Shown here in pieces: positions 48,797 through 59,300 of a DNA stretch of 64,000 nt. The notes below the pieces were generated by a model. That model ran no database searches. It was not told the DNA's origin and saw only the letters and a list, made by a program, of their open reading frames with translations. This DNA comes from an uncultured virus (IMG/VR IMGVR_UViG_3300043673_000060) (lineage: Duplodnaviria > Heunggongvirae > Uroviricota > Caudoviricetes). The stretch lies in IMG/VR virus record IMGVR_UViG_3300043673_000060. The stretch is one strand, 5' to 3'. The translations under genes and the position numbers were made by a program. Each line of letters opens with the position of its first letter. The stretch's first letter is position 1.

Positions 48797-49828
48797 TTAC
48801 GCCCGACGGTAGATCGATGGCGCCGCCCGGATGCGCTCAGCGTCGACGAGCGCTTGGCGGCGGTCGTAGCGCGCGGTCGTGTCTGGACTTTCGTGGCGCA
48901 AGATGCGCTGCACGGTCGCGAGGTCGACGCCGCTCTCTAGGAGGCCAGTGGCCACGGTTCTGCGGCAGTCATGCGGGCTGAACCGGGGCACACCGGCACC
49001 GGTAGCCACGCTCAGGCACAGGTGCTCCAGCCACTTCACGCTGAGCATCTCGCCGCGCGCCGCGCGAGCGTGCTTGGCCCGCAGGAACATCCACGGCAAC
49101 ATCGACGACATTGTCGACCGCGTCGCCAGCCACGCGTCAACGTCCTTCGCGGCGTCCTCGCTCTGCAGCGGCACGACGCTTTCCTTGTCGCCCTTGCCCA
49201 CGAATCGCACGGTGCGCGCGGTCGGGTCGTACGCCTCGACCACGAGGCCGCAGACCTCGAAGGCTCGCAGCGCACCGCCCAGCATCATCGCGAAGCAGCC
49301 GCGCACGAGCGCGCCGTACTCGCCAGCGATCGAATCGACGTAGGCCACGATCTTCGTGCGCTCCTCATCCGGAATGTGGCGCCCGGCCGGCAGACGTGAG
49401 CCGCGCAGCGTCTTGCCCCAGTCCGTGGCCCGCGCGAACTGCTCGTGCGACATGAGACCCATGCGCCACGAGGTCTTGAGGACGCCGCGCAGGGCCACGA
49501 GCGACAGCGACACGGTTGCCGGCCGGTGCTGCTCGCTCAAGCGCTTGCGCAACGTCGTGAACTGGTCCGGCCGCAGCGTCCACCAGGCAGAGAAGCTCTC
49601 CTCGCGCCCATCTGCGCGCGCCGCGCGCCGTAGCGCGTCGTCCATCGTCGTACGGCTCCTGGGGCTCTTGAGGCCGTCCAGGTAGGCCGCCACGGGGTCC
49701 GGTAGGACCTCGACGAGCTGCTCGGGCGCCGCCTTCGCGAGCGTGATCGAGGCGTGATCGACCGAGGCCTCAGAAAGTGAGGTAACCTCGCGGAATTGCA
49801 CGGCTTTTTGGTGTTCTACGTCGCCCAT
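48797..49828 (-). CDS. Tyrosine recombinase/integrase
   Basis: LRAFE, GKGDKE, HDCRRT, LRHESPDTTARY catalytic residues. Confidence 0.92.
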   Translation of the reverse strand: MGDVEHQKAVQFREVTSLSEASVDHASITLAKAAPEQLVEVLPDPVAAYLDGLKSPRSRTTMDDALRRAARADGREESFSAWWTLRPDQFTTLRKRLSEQHRPATVSLSLVALRGVLKTSWRMGLMSHEQFARATDWGKTLRGSRLPAGRHIPDEERTKIVAYVDSIAGEYGALVRGCFAMMLGGALRAFEVCGLVVEAYDPTARTVRFVGKGDKESVVPLQSEDAAKDVDAWLATRSTMSSMLPWMFLRAKHARAARGEMLSVKWLEHLCLSVATGAGVPRFSPHDCRRTVATGLLESGVDLATVQRILRHESPDTTARYDRRQALVDAERIRAAPSIYRRA

Positions 49829-50071
49829 TCGGGAGCCTAATTCCTCTTATGCCCGGTAAGGACTCTGCCCTACTGCGAGGCTCCCGTCCACCTCCTCTAC
49901 GAGCCTCAGCCACCCAAGCCCGCTCTCGCACGACGTGCACGCCGGCTACGTCTACAAGTGCCTGCTCGTGTGCGGGCACGAGGTGGAGCGCGGGACGCCT
50001 GGCAGGACGACGTGCGCGTGCGCGGCATGCTCGCCGAGGACGACTTGACCTTTACCAGGCCGGCAGCTGCG

Positions 50072-52066
50072 TCAATTCCAGCCCGGGTCAGGCTTGGCGA
50101 ATGCCGGGCCACCGAGTTCCCACGGTCGTGGAGCCGTGATGAAGCCGGGGCCGTTGAGTTGCCCGAACGCCGAGCCGACGATCAGATTTGCGCCGCCGCC
50201 GTCGTTCCATTGCGCGGCCGAGGCGTCCCATAGCGACTGCCCAGCGGCCGTAGGTGGTGAGACGTTCAGGTCGTAACGGGCCGAGTAGTTGCCCGGAGAG
50301 AGAGGCGCGCCGAACTGGTAGTCGCGGTTCACCAGGGCGGCGAAGGCCATGGTGCCCGGTACCGCGACGGCAGCGTTGTTGGGATAGGCCGCTGCGAACT
50401 GGCCTGGCGTCTGCCAGCAATGCAGACGACCCATGAAGGACGGCGCCGCGTTGGACAGTTGCGGCACCTGCAATGTCGCCGTGCCGTTGGTGGCCATCGA
50501 CCATGCGGGAACGGAGACAGCTCCCAGGAGGTCGCCGTTGTTGTACAGGGCGCACACGAGAGCCGAGCTGTCGCATGCGAAGACAGTGCGCTGCCACGTG
50601 GCGGCAATGAGGGTGTTGCCCTGCGCAAGCAGCCCCGTCCCCGGATAGCCGCCAAACCCGCCATCCCAGCCAGAGAAGGCGCCCCCGTCGCCCAGCGAAG
50701 GCGGTCCGATGAGGGGCCCCGATCCCGAGCTGCTACCCCACCAAAAAGAGAGCTGCGTCCCGATCTGCGTCAGTGCATACCAGCTCGTGGTCTGGGCCGT
50801 GCCGTACGACAAGATCACGGTCGACGTCGCCGCGCCGCTGGTGAGCGTCTTGGGCAGCCAGTCGACCGCGCAGGCAAAGCTGCCACTGCCGGGCGACATG
50901 CCCGGATCGGTGACGGTCACGTTGTTGAGCGTGGGCGTTCCGAAGTCGAGCGCTCCGGTCGGATACCTCGTCCTGAACAGGCGAGGCCGGACGTTCTGAC
51001 CAATCTGCGGTCCGAAGAGGCGCGGATCGGCGGAAAACAGGTCCGCTAGGCGCAGGCCCCACTCAGATAGGCCTGACACGTACGGATGCACCCCGTCGCT
51101 CTGGTGCTCACCGATGCCCATCCACGACAGATCGAAATAAATCCACGTCTGCCCGAGCGCCGTCTGAGTTGGAATGAAGACGGTCTGGATCCACGCGGCG
51201 ACCGTGCCGATCGTTGTGTTCCACGCCGCCAGGTTGGCGCCCGGCGTGGACCCTGCCGAGAAGGGCATAGGCCCGCAGATGACGACGCGCACGTTCGGGC
51301 ACGTCCCGAAGATCGTGCCGGCCAGCGTCGTGTAGTTGGCCTCCATCTGGGCGGCCGACTGCCCCTGCACGACGTCGTTGGTCCCGATCTCTAGTACGAT
51401 GATGCTCGGGCAGCCGACGCCCACAATCCCAGCACCGGCGTCGCCACCGACGTAGTAGGGGAACGCCGTGTTGATCTGGCTGATCGTGAAGCCGCCGTGA
51501 CCCTCGTGCGCAAAGTTGTGCAGGCCGCCGGCCCCCGACGTCTGGGTGTACTGGGTACCTACGAACTCCCAGTTCGAGCGGCTCCCGGAAAGCCTGGCCT
51601 CGAAGGCAGGTCTCCACGAGCCGGCCTGCTGTGCGGTATCGACGTCCGACGTGATCGTCGTCGAATCACCCATAGGCATGATGGTCACCGAGGTGACCGA
51701 CTGTTGCGGCATTGGTAGGGCGTGCAGCAGCCACTGGCCGCCGATGCCGGCAACCACGGTGCTGCCGTTGGCTGGGCCGCCCGCGTCTGAAGCCGTCCAG
51801 GTGTAGTAGGCGCCGGGAGACTGAACGAAGACCTCGGTACCGACGCTGAGCGTGAGCGTGGGCAGAGTCGCAAGCGCGGTCAGCGTCGATACGGAGATCG
51901 CCGGCCCGACCGCAGCTTTCGGCATAGGGCGTGGCGACGTCGCGTCAAAACCTGCGTCCGATACAGCCGCCTGATCGTCGTGAAAGTGACACGCGACCGC
52001 CTGGAGGGCCGCCAGCAACGTCAGAAACAGTGCCACGCGCGCGAGAAACTTACGCCCCAAGTACAT
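50072..52066 (-). CDS. Signal-peptide protein with SGNH esterase and LamG/ConA-like domains (spike or adhesin candidate)
   Basis: N-terminal hydrophobic helix ending VAC; MPMGDST, HEGHGG, EIGTND, DGVHP; C-terminal WQRTVF...LYNNG. Confidence 0.75.
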   Translation of the reverse strand: MYLGRKFLARVALFLTLLAALQAVACHFHDDQAAVSDAGFDATSPRPMPKAAVGPAISVSTLTALATLPTLTLSVGTEVFVQSPGAYYTWTASDAGGPANGSTVVAGIGGQWLLHALPMPQQSVTSVTIMPMGDSTTITSDVDTAQQAGSWRPAFEARLSGSRSNWEFVGTQYTQTSGAGGLHNFAHEGHGGFTISQINTAFPYYVGGDAGAGIVGVGCPSIIVLEIGTNDVVQGQSAAQMEANYTTLAGTIFGTCPNVRVVICGPMPFSAGSTPGANLAAWNTTIGTVAAWIQTVFIPTQTALGQTWIYFDLSWMGIGEHQSDGVHPYVSGLSEWGLRLADLFSADPRLFGPQIGQNVRPRLFRTRYPTGALDFGTPTLNNVTVTDPGMSPGSGSFACAVDWLPKTLTSGAATSTVILSYGTAQTTSWYALTQIGTQLSFWWGSSSGSGPLIGPPSLGDGGAFSGWDGGFGGYPGTGLLAQGNTLIAATWQRTVFACDSSALVCALYNNGDLLGAVSVPAWSMATNGTATLQVPQLSNAAPSFMGRLHCWQTPGQFAAAYPNNAAVAVPGTMAFAALVNRDYQFGAPLSPGNYSARYDLNVSPPTAAGQSLWDASAAQWNDGGGANLIVGSAFGQLNGPGFITAPRPWELGGPAFAKPDPGWN

Positions 52067-52514
52067 AGCCACCTCCGGATCCAGCATTCAGGTACTTGAG
52101 AACCAGGCCGCGGTACGTCTCTCCCCCGAAGCCGCCGCCCGCCGCTCCACCGAAAGCAAATGAGTTGGTAAACGTGCCGTTGGCCGGAGATGGCTCGGCT
52201 AGCGCTACACCGGGAGGGCCATTGATGGTCACGCCGTTGACGGCCAGGCTCGTGTTGGGGTCCTGGACGATCGTGACCCACTGTGCGACGCCCGCTGTTA
52301 GCGATAGCGGCGGTACGTTGACGACGACCGGGCCCGTAGACGTGTCCACGACCACCGTCTGAAAGGCTTTGGCTGTATACGGGCTGGCCTGCGCCCCGCC
52401 TGTGCCGCCTGAGTTGACCCGGACGACGGCGAGACCGTTTACGACGCGCGAGGCGGCGATGGCCGCCAGCGTGTCCTCGACGGGCTGATGGTGTCCCGAG
52501 CCATGTCCTCTCAT
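52050..52514 (-). CDS. Small beta-rich structural protein with MRGHG.GHH N-terminus
   Basis: PYTAKAFQTVVVDTSTGPVVVNVP resembles fibre-tip modules. Confidence 0.6.
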   Translation of the reverse strand: MRGHGSGHHQPVEDTLAAIAASRVVNGLAVVRVNSGGTGGAQASPYTAKAFQTVVVDTSTGPVVVNVPPLSLTAGVAQWVTIVQDPNTSLAVNGVTINGPPGVALAEPSPANGTFTNSFAFGGAAGGGFGGETYRGLVLKYLNAGSGGGYVLGA

Positions 52515-52548
52515 GTGGCGGAGGATATCAGCGTCATGCGTCCGCCGT

Positions 52549-54432
52549 CTACTCGATGGCGTACGCGTAGGTCGACGTGTCGCCGGCAGCGCCAGTCACC
52601 GTGAATTTTGTCTTGCTCGTAATGCTCACGGTGGGCGCGACCCCAGTGCCGACCGCCGTGACGAGCGTCAGCGCGACCGAGTCCCCACCGAGGTTTGCCG
52701 ATGTCGGCGCGACGATGTCGGGCCATGTGACGTCCACTGGCGTGGCTCCGTTGAGCGTAACCTGGCCGCGACTGATGTGCGCGCCACCAATGTTGGCCCA
52801 GGCGTTGTTGCCGAACGTCGAGAAGTCCACTCCTGGTCCGATGCGGACGGTGGACCCAGACTGGCCGTCCCATCCGATGGTGCCAGCCACACCCGTCCCC
52901 GTTGCATGCACATGGGTCAGACAGGCGACCGCGTTGGCTGCTGCGACGAACGCGCGCGACGCCGTACCGTCCATCTCGACGTGCACGTTGGTGCAATAGG
53001 CGCGTACGCCGCCGGTGCCCATGTTCACGCCGATCCAGCCGTTGGTCGAGGATTGCAGCGATACGTTGGAAAGTCGTGCCTCGTACGCGCCAGCGTTGAG
53101 GAAGATGCCGGCTGCGCTCCCGGTGCAGCCGATGCCCGTCAGGCCATCGATCGCCCCCTCGACGTTGGTCAGCACGTCCTCGACAGAGTTGCCACCGACC
53201 GAACAACCGTTGATCGACCAACCGGGCCCGACAAAAAGAAACCCTGTGGCGTTGCCGATCGACGCGACATTCGTACACGTGGTGCCGGTGGTGGGGCCGC
53301 CAGTAACGTCGTCCCGTACGCCGTATACCGCGTTGAACTTGGTCGATATCGACTGGATCACGGTGCGCGAGCTGCCGCTGGCTACCAGTACTCCGCTGTT
53401 GGAGTTAGAGTTGTAGCTGCCCCCGATGGCCCCGCAGTCCGCGCAACCGATCGAGCCGCCATTGGAGCTGAAGGTGACGCCGATCTGGCAGTTGAACGCC
53501 TCGCAGTCGATCACGTAGCTCGCGTCGGAGTCGTCGATCTCAAATCCGCTACCTGTCGCGTTCTTGACCCGGCTGTTGATCGCTAGGCAGTCCTCGGAGG
53601 AAGCGAGCGAGATCCCGGTGCGCGCCGTCGAGCCCACGTCAACCTTGAGATTACTCACCAGACAATCGCGCGAGCCCAGATCCATGCACACTGCCACGTT
53701 TGCGCTCAGCGATCCGAGCGATGAGTCCACCGTCACGCCGTCGATGACGCAGCGCAGTCCCCCGAACATCTCCCAGTACCTGTCGCCCGTGCCGGTGATG
53801 ACCATGCCGTTGCCGTAGAGGCGGATGTCGGTCGGCTGCGACGTTGTGAGCAGGATCCGGTCGCCAGCCTGCCACTGGTCGATAACCGGCCTGTCCAAGG
53901 TCAGCGTGAATGGCCCGCTGCCGGCCACGTTGGTGACCCGGTAGTAGCGGACGAAGAGGTTGGTCGCGGCGTTCGACAGCTGAATCAGCTGCCCTACGGC
54001 CACCGACGCAGTCGAACTGATCGTCAGGGCGCCGGGCGCGTTGTTGCCGGCCAGGGTCGTGGAGCTGCCTGGCCCCGACAGGAAGACCGGCGCCGCGTAG
54101 AACGTCGTGCTCGTGGCCGTACTGCCGGCCGGCAGCTGCTGGTTGAAGATCACACCCGGCGCGCCCCACATGAGCGTGTGGCTGGGAACCGTCAACGCTG
54201 TCTTGATGAGGTACGTCCCGGCCTGGAACCATAGGCTCTGTCCGGTACCCGCGAGCGTGTTGATGGCAATCTGGATCGCCGGCCCGGCGTCGCTGGCTCC
54301 GGTGTTGTCCACCTTGAACACGGCCACCGCGCTTACGAACGCAGGCGACGAAGTCGCGCCGGCTCCGCTGCTCGCTAACGCGGCGAGCGTCTCGCTGATG
54401 TCCGAGTGATGTCCGACTCCATGTCCTCGCAT
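52549..54432 (-). CDS. Parallel beta-helix (pectate-lyase-like) tailspike candidate
   Basis: DNTGASDAGPAIQIAIN...LWFQAGTYLI start of beta-helix, then repeated N...G strands. Confidence 0.75.
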   Translation of the reverse strand: MRGHGVGHHSDISETLAALASSGAGATSSPAFVSAVAVFKVDNTGASDAGPAIQIAINTLAGTGQSLWFQAGTYLIKTALTVPSHTLMWGAPGVIFNQQLPAGSTATSTTFYAAPVFLSGPGSSTTLAGNNAPGALTISSTASVAVGQLIQLSNAATNLFVRYYRVTNVAGSGPFTLTLDRPVIDQWQAGDRILLTTSQPTDIRLYGNGMVITGTGDRYWEMFGGLRCVIDGVTVDSSLGSLSANVAVCMDLGSRDCLVSNLKVDVGSTARTGISLASSEDCLAINSRVKNATGSGFEIDDSDASYVIDCEAFNCQIGVTFSSNGGSIGCADCGAIGGSYNSNSNSGVLVASGSSRTVIQSISTKFNAVYGVRDDVTGGPTTGTTCTNVASIGNATGFLFVGPGWSINGCSVGGNSVEDVLTNVEGAIDGLTGIGCTGSAAGIFLNAGAYEARLSNVSLQSSTNGWIGVNMGTGGVRAYCTNVHVEMDGTASRAFVAAANAVACLTHVHATGTGVAGTIGWDGQSGSTVRIGPGVDFSTFGNNAWANIGGAHISRGQVTLNGATPVDVTWPDIVAPTSANLGGDSVALTLVTAVGTGVAPTVSITSKTKFTVTGAAGDTSTYAYAIE

Positions 54433-54463
54433 ACTGCCTCGCGCGCGCCGTGTAGAAAGCTGG

Positions 54464-56329
54464 TCAATAGCTTGTCGCCAACGTGTTTGTGCCGTGCGTC
54501 CAGACTGTGGCGAGCGTACCGCCCGCGAGTACGTTCGTGGAGAGGAACGTCGTGGAGCTGGCCGTACCGTTCTTGAAAATAACGCCGAACGTAGCTCCTA
54601 GCGTTACACCGCTCATGTCCAGTTGGAACCATCCGTTGGTCGCGTTGGTGCCGAAGTCTAGTGTGCAATTGGAGGACAGCGTACCGCTCGTGACGATGAG
54701 CCCTGGCGTAACGGCTTGCGCTGCGGTGACGGTCTGCGTGCCGCCCGTTCCGCATGCGATAGTCGCGGCGGTGTCTGTCCACTGAAACGACGTGGTGCTC
54801 TGTCCACCCAGCGTTACGGCGAGATTGAGCGTGTTGGTCCCCCACTGCACCTTCGTGGCGTTGGAGACGGCCAGCACGCCGTTCGCGGTCGAGTTGATCG
54901 TGGTGATTGTGCCGGCGGCGTTGAACTCGATCCCCTCGTTGGTGCCGCTTCGCGCAACCGGCCCCCAGATGGCGCCTGCGGTCGATCCGTTCGACAGTTC
55001 GCCGATCTGGACGTAGTTCGCCCCGCCGCCCTGGCAAACCGACGCGCCTGGCACCCCCGCTCCGTTCGGCGCTGGCGTGTTGAAGTGGAAGTCGCCGGGC
55101 GTATTCGTTCCAGCGGCGAGCGGCCCCTGGGTCTGGTAGAGCATGGCGACGCCGTTGCCGGTCGTCGACGTCTGCTGCGAAATGGTCGGAGTGGTCGTTG
55201 CGGCCGAGAACTGCAACACGTTGGGCGTGATCGGGATGGGTGTTGCACCCGAAATGCCCTCTACCAGACAGTTACCGGACGCGTTGCAGTTGATGTCTCC
55301 ACCAAGTACGCCCGGAATCCAGCTCGTCCCGTTGAAGATCCAGACCTCGGTGCTGGCGTCCCCAGCCAGTACTGTCTGCCCGCGCACGGCGACATTGGTA
55401 TTCGCGTTGGCGGGGCCTGTCGTGTCGCCCGCGAGCGCGATGGAGCCCGCGTCCACAGATGCAAACGTCGGTGTCCACGCCGTGCCGTTGTAGATGAACG
55501 ACTGCCCCGACAGTGGCCCCGCGTCGCTCACCGGCACGGTTTGCAACCGGATGACCGTGCATACGCCAGCGGCCGTGCAGAAGATGTCGCCCGTGTTCGG
55601 CGTCATGTTCTGCGCCGGCAGGATGCCGGTAACGTTCGCGGCGCCCGCGTCGAGGACGAGAATGTTGTTGTTGGCCGGACCAGCCGCGCCGCCTGCGAGC
55701 GTGATCGTCCCGGCGTCGATGATCGACGCGACGAATCCCGGTACCCATGCCGTACCGTTGAAGATCCAGACCTGGCCGGAGGCGGAGCCGGCGCTTACGG
55801 CCTGGTTTTGTACCTCGACAACCTGGTTGTTGTTGCTCGGGCCGATGACGTTGCCGTCGAGCTGCACGACACTACCGCCGCCGCCGCTGCTGCTGCCGCC
55901 GCCATCGAGCTGCGCCGCGATGAGCAGGTAGAGCGCCTGCAGCGACGCGTCCTGGCAGAGACCCGTGCCGGTTCCGCCCTGGGGAATGCTGGCGCCGTAC
56001 AGAGCGATGATCGCCTGCACCGTGGCGTCTTGCGCGAGACCCGTCCCCGTGCCGCCGTGCGCCGCCATCAGCATGGCAGCCTTGAGCCTGTCGGTGTCGA
56101 CGACGCACGTGGAGCCGATCGGAGGAGGCGACGTGGGAGTGAACGCGAGGGAGGACGGGGGCGACGTCGCTGCTTCCGGTTCCGCGTTGCCAGCCGCAGC
56201 GTCCCACGTCCCGGCTTCGACCGGCGCCGGAGGAGTCTTCGAGCACGAGAACGCGGCGCAGGCCGCCATGGTGAGCAGCAAGCCCGCGACCGCAAGCCTC
56301 TTGACGCCCAAATTCACGCTGGCTCGCAT
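54464..56329 (-). CDS. Fibre-like repeat protein with N-terminal signal/TM
   Basis: LAVAGLLLTMAACAAFSC; three (W/F)I(F/Y)NGTxWxP repeats; duplicated GGTGTGLxQDA. Confidence 0.7.
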   Translation of the reverse strand: MRASVNLGVKRLAVAGLLLTMAACAAFSCSKTPPAPVEAGTWDAAAGNAEPEAATSPPSSLAFTPTSPPPIGSTCVVDTDRLKAAMLMAAHGGTGTGLAQDATVQAIIALYGASIPQGGTGTGLCQDASLQALYLLIAAQLDGGGSSSGGGGSVVQLDGNVIGPSNNNQVVEVQNQAVSAGSASGQVWIFNGTAWVPGFVASIIDAGTITLAGGAAGPANNNILVLDAGAANVTGILPAQNMTPNTGDIFCTAAGVCTVIRLQTVPVSDAGPLSGQSFIYNGTAWTPTFASVDAGSIALAGDTTGPANANTNVAVRGQTVLAGDASTEVWIFNGTSWIPGVLGGDINCNASGNCLVEGISGATPIPITPNVLQFSAATTTPTISQQTSTTGNGVAMLYQTQGPLAAGTNTPGDFHFNTPAPNGAGVPGASVCQGGGANYVQIGELSNGSTAGAIWGPVARSGTNEGIEFNAAGTITTINSTANGVLAVSNATKVQWGTNTLNLAVTLGGQSTTSFQWTDTAATIACGTGGTQTVTAAQAVTPGLIVTSGTLSSNCTLDFGTNATNGWFQLDMSGVTLGATFGVIFKNGTASSTTFLSTNVLAGGTLATVWTHGTNTLATSY

Positions 56330-56385
56330 GCGCCCTATCTTACAGCGAGCCATCTCACTGAGCAATCGGGTAAGCTAGCTCGCAA

Positions 56386-59300
56386 ATGCCGCTGTCAAGC
56401 GCGAAATTCTTCGCCAGCAAGTTCCTCACCGACGTCGAGACCGGCGAAAAAGACATCGACACGCCGGCCGAGTACCTGCGGGACCCGCGCGCGACCGTAA
56501 TTGCGAGCGCTCTGCGGGCCCTGGACGTGCACGAGGTGCGGATCCTGGGCTCCGGGTCGTTCGGTACCGCCGCGGTCTACGACGGGCGCAACGTGGTCAA
56601 GCTCACGAGCGACGAGACCGAGGTCATGGCCGGCGCCGTACTCAAGGATGTGGCCGATTTGCCCCACGTGGCCCGGATCTACGGGTCTTGGTTTGTGCAG
56701 GGCGACAACCTGACCGTGGAGCGCTGGGACGGCGACGGGCGCGAGCGTGTGGGCGTTTTGCTACAGGAAAAGCTCAAGCTGGCGACCGATTTCGAGGCGC
56801 GCCCCGTCACCGAGGCCTGGCTGGCCGTACGCGCGGAGTACGGGGTGCACCCCAACAGGCTCGCGGCCATGCCGCCCGGCGACGCCAGGGAGGTCCTGTA
56901 CGCCGCCTCGGTCGCCCTGGAGGCCAGCCTGCGCGGAATGCGCCTCGACATCGCTACGCACATGGCCAGGGCCCTCGCCGAGCTTCGTGGCGTGGGTGTC
57001 TACGCCATCGACGTGCACGGGGGCAACATCGGGGTGAGCCGCGACGGGGTGTTCAAGTTGTTCGACATCGGGTCGAGCAGCTCCCCGGCCCACGTGGAGG
57101 CGCCGGAGCTGCAAGGGGAGGCGGCGGAGGGGGCGAAAGGGGTCCGGCGCCGCGTGTCTGGGACGCCGGCCATGGTCGTGGAGGGGGTGAAGGTGGGAGA
57201 GGTTGGCGGGGGCGGGGGCGCCGCCGAGGACGTCATCCGCGTCGACCACACCATGATCGAGGCCGCCGCTAAGCGTACGGCTGGCCAGTTCGCGCATCAC
57301 CTGCTCGGCGTAGACCTGGAAGGCGACCCGGCGCGCTACTTTTTCGAACGCGCCGACAACCGGCGCAAGACGCCAGACGGCGTCATCGTCATCGGTTCGC
57401 CGCGCATCGAGTTCGGGTACTTCACGCCGTTCACGGTGCCCGAGGAAGAGCGCACGGTGCGCGGGCGCGACCGCATCGAGCGGATCTTTGTGCACCCGGT
57501 GCTCGTGTGGGACCCCGAGAACAAGGAGCTGGTCCTCGGCGGCGGCACGCACGGCCTGAACGTCGCTGGTACCGCGTCGATCTGGGTGCGCGTCAACGCG
57601 GCGTCGCCCGACGCCGTCGAGCTGCGCGACCACCCGGATCGCTTCGTGAAGCGGTTCGCGACGCTTCTGCTTCACGAGTACGCGCACGTCCGCGACTACA
57701 TCCGGCCCGAGGACGTCATCGACCCCGAGAAGCACCGGTACGAGCCTGGCGGCGGATACGATGCGTTCGTGGCGTACTACAACTCGTCGCACGAGGTCCG
57801 CGCCCGTATGAGCCAGGTGGTCTACGAGGTGCTGACCGTCCTGCAGCACGACGCGTTGGGCCCAAAGCTGCGTCACTACGCCGAGCTGCAACGTGACAAC
57901 CCGAACGGGTACCTCGTCGACGCCGCGCTTGCGCGTTCGAAGACGTGGCGACGTGGCGAGTACATCTGGACGCCCGAGAACAAGGCTCGCATCCTGCGCA
58001 CCGTGTACCGCGCGCTGGAGCGAGAGGGCTTGCTCGTGGAGCAGCGGCGGCCGAGGTTGCCCAGGACGCGTCGGTCGATGGCGGCGGAGGGCGATGCGAT
58101 ACCGTCGACATGGTACCACCTGACCGACCGCGCCCGGTTCAAACTGGACCCGAAGTTCGCGCCCAGCGACAACGCGCTCGCGATCGAGGATCGGTCTGGG
58201 CAGCCAGGCATCTACCTGGGCCAGAGCGTGGAGTCGTGGGTCAACGGCTACGGCTACTGGCGCCCGTTCGTCGTCGAGATCAAGGTCGACCCGTCCGTAG
58301 TGAACGATCCCGGCGTGCACGGCCGGTACGGCGGCGAGATTTTCGTACCCGCATCGTCGTTCGACAAGCTCACGATCGAGCGCGTCATCCCGATCGACGC
58401 GTACGCGCGCGAGGAGTACGGCGAGCCGGGCTGGATCGAATCGGCGCTGGGCGTCGAGTTCGACACGGGCGCACCCGTCGAGAAGACGTACCGAGGCTAC
58501 AGGTACGCGGGTCACGATGTGCGCACGATGCCGGCCGACGAGGTGGCCAAGCTGAAGAAGCAGATGAGGCAGGCGAAGCCGCGCGGCGGGGCCCGCGAAG
58601 ACTTCGAGTCCCGCGCCGACGTCTGCGATGACGCGCGCGTCTGGTACCACGGCTCGCCCACCAAGTTCGACGCGTTCCAGGTTCGCGTGGGCGCCCCGTT
58701 CGGCGGCGATCCGATGGCGGTTCCCACCTTCCTAACGTGCGAGTTGGCCACCGCGCGTGCGCACGCAGGCCCGAACGGCTTCGTGTACACCGTCAAGCCG
58801 ACGCCGAAGCGGATCTTCCGTGGTCAGGACCTGTTCCTGGCCGAGTGGCCGAAGTGGTGGCCGCCGCAGCCCGACGAGATGTCGTCGATCGGCGCCCGCC
58901 TGTACGAGGACCTCGAAGCTGGTCGCGTGTTCGACGACGTCCACGGCGAGGAAGCGGACGACGCGCTGCGCGCTATCGCCCGCGGTCACTACGACATCAT
59001 GGAAACGGGCCAGATGAAGCAGTGGCTGCTGTACCACGGGTACGACGCCTTCGTCGTGCGCGAGGCGCCTCGGGCCCCCGTGAGCCTCGCGGTGCTCGAC
59101 CCGAGCCGGCTGAAGATCGTCAGCGTAGAGACGTACGACGAGGCGTGGGCGCGTAGGCGGGAGGTGGCGGAGGCGCCTCGCGTCGACGACGCCGCTCCGC
59201 TCCCCTTCGCCCTCGTCCGCCACGGCGACGACCTCGTCCCCGTCCTTCTCGGCGACGCCGGCTCCGACGAGCTGGTCGGCATCGACGTCGTCAACAACCG

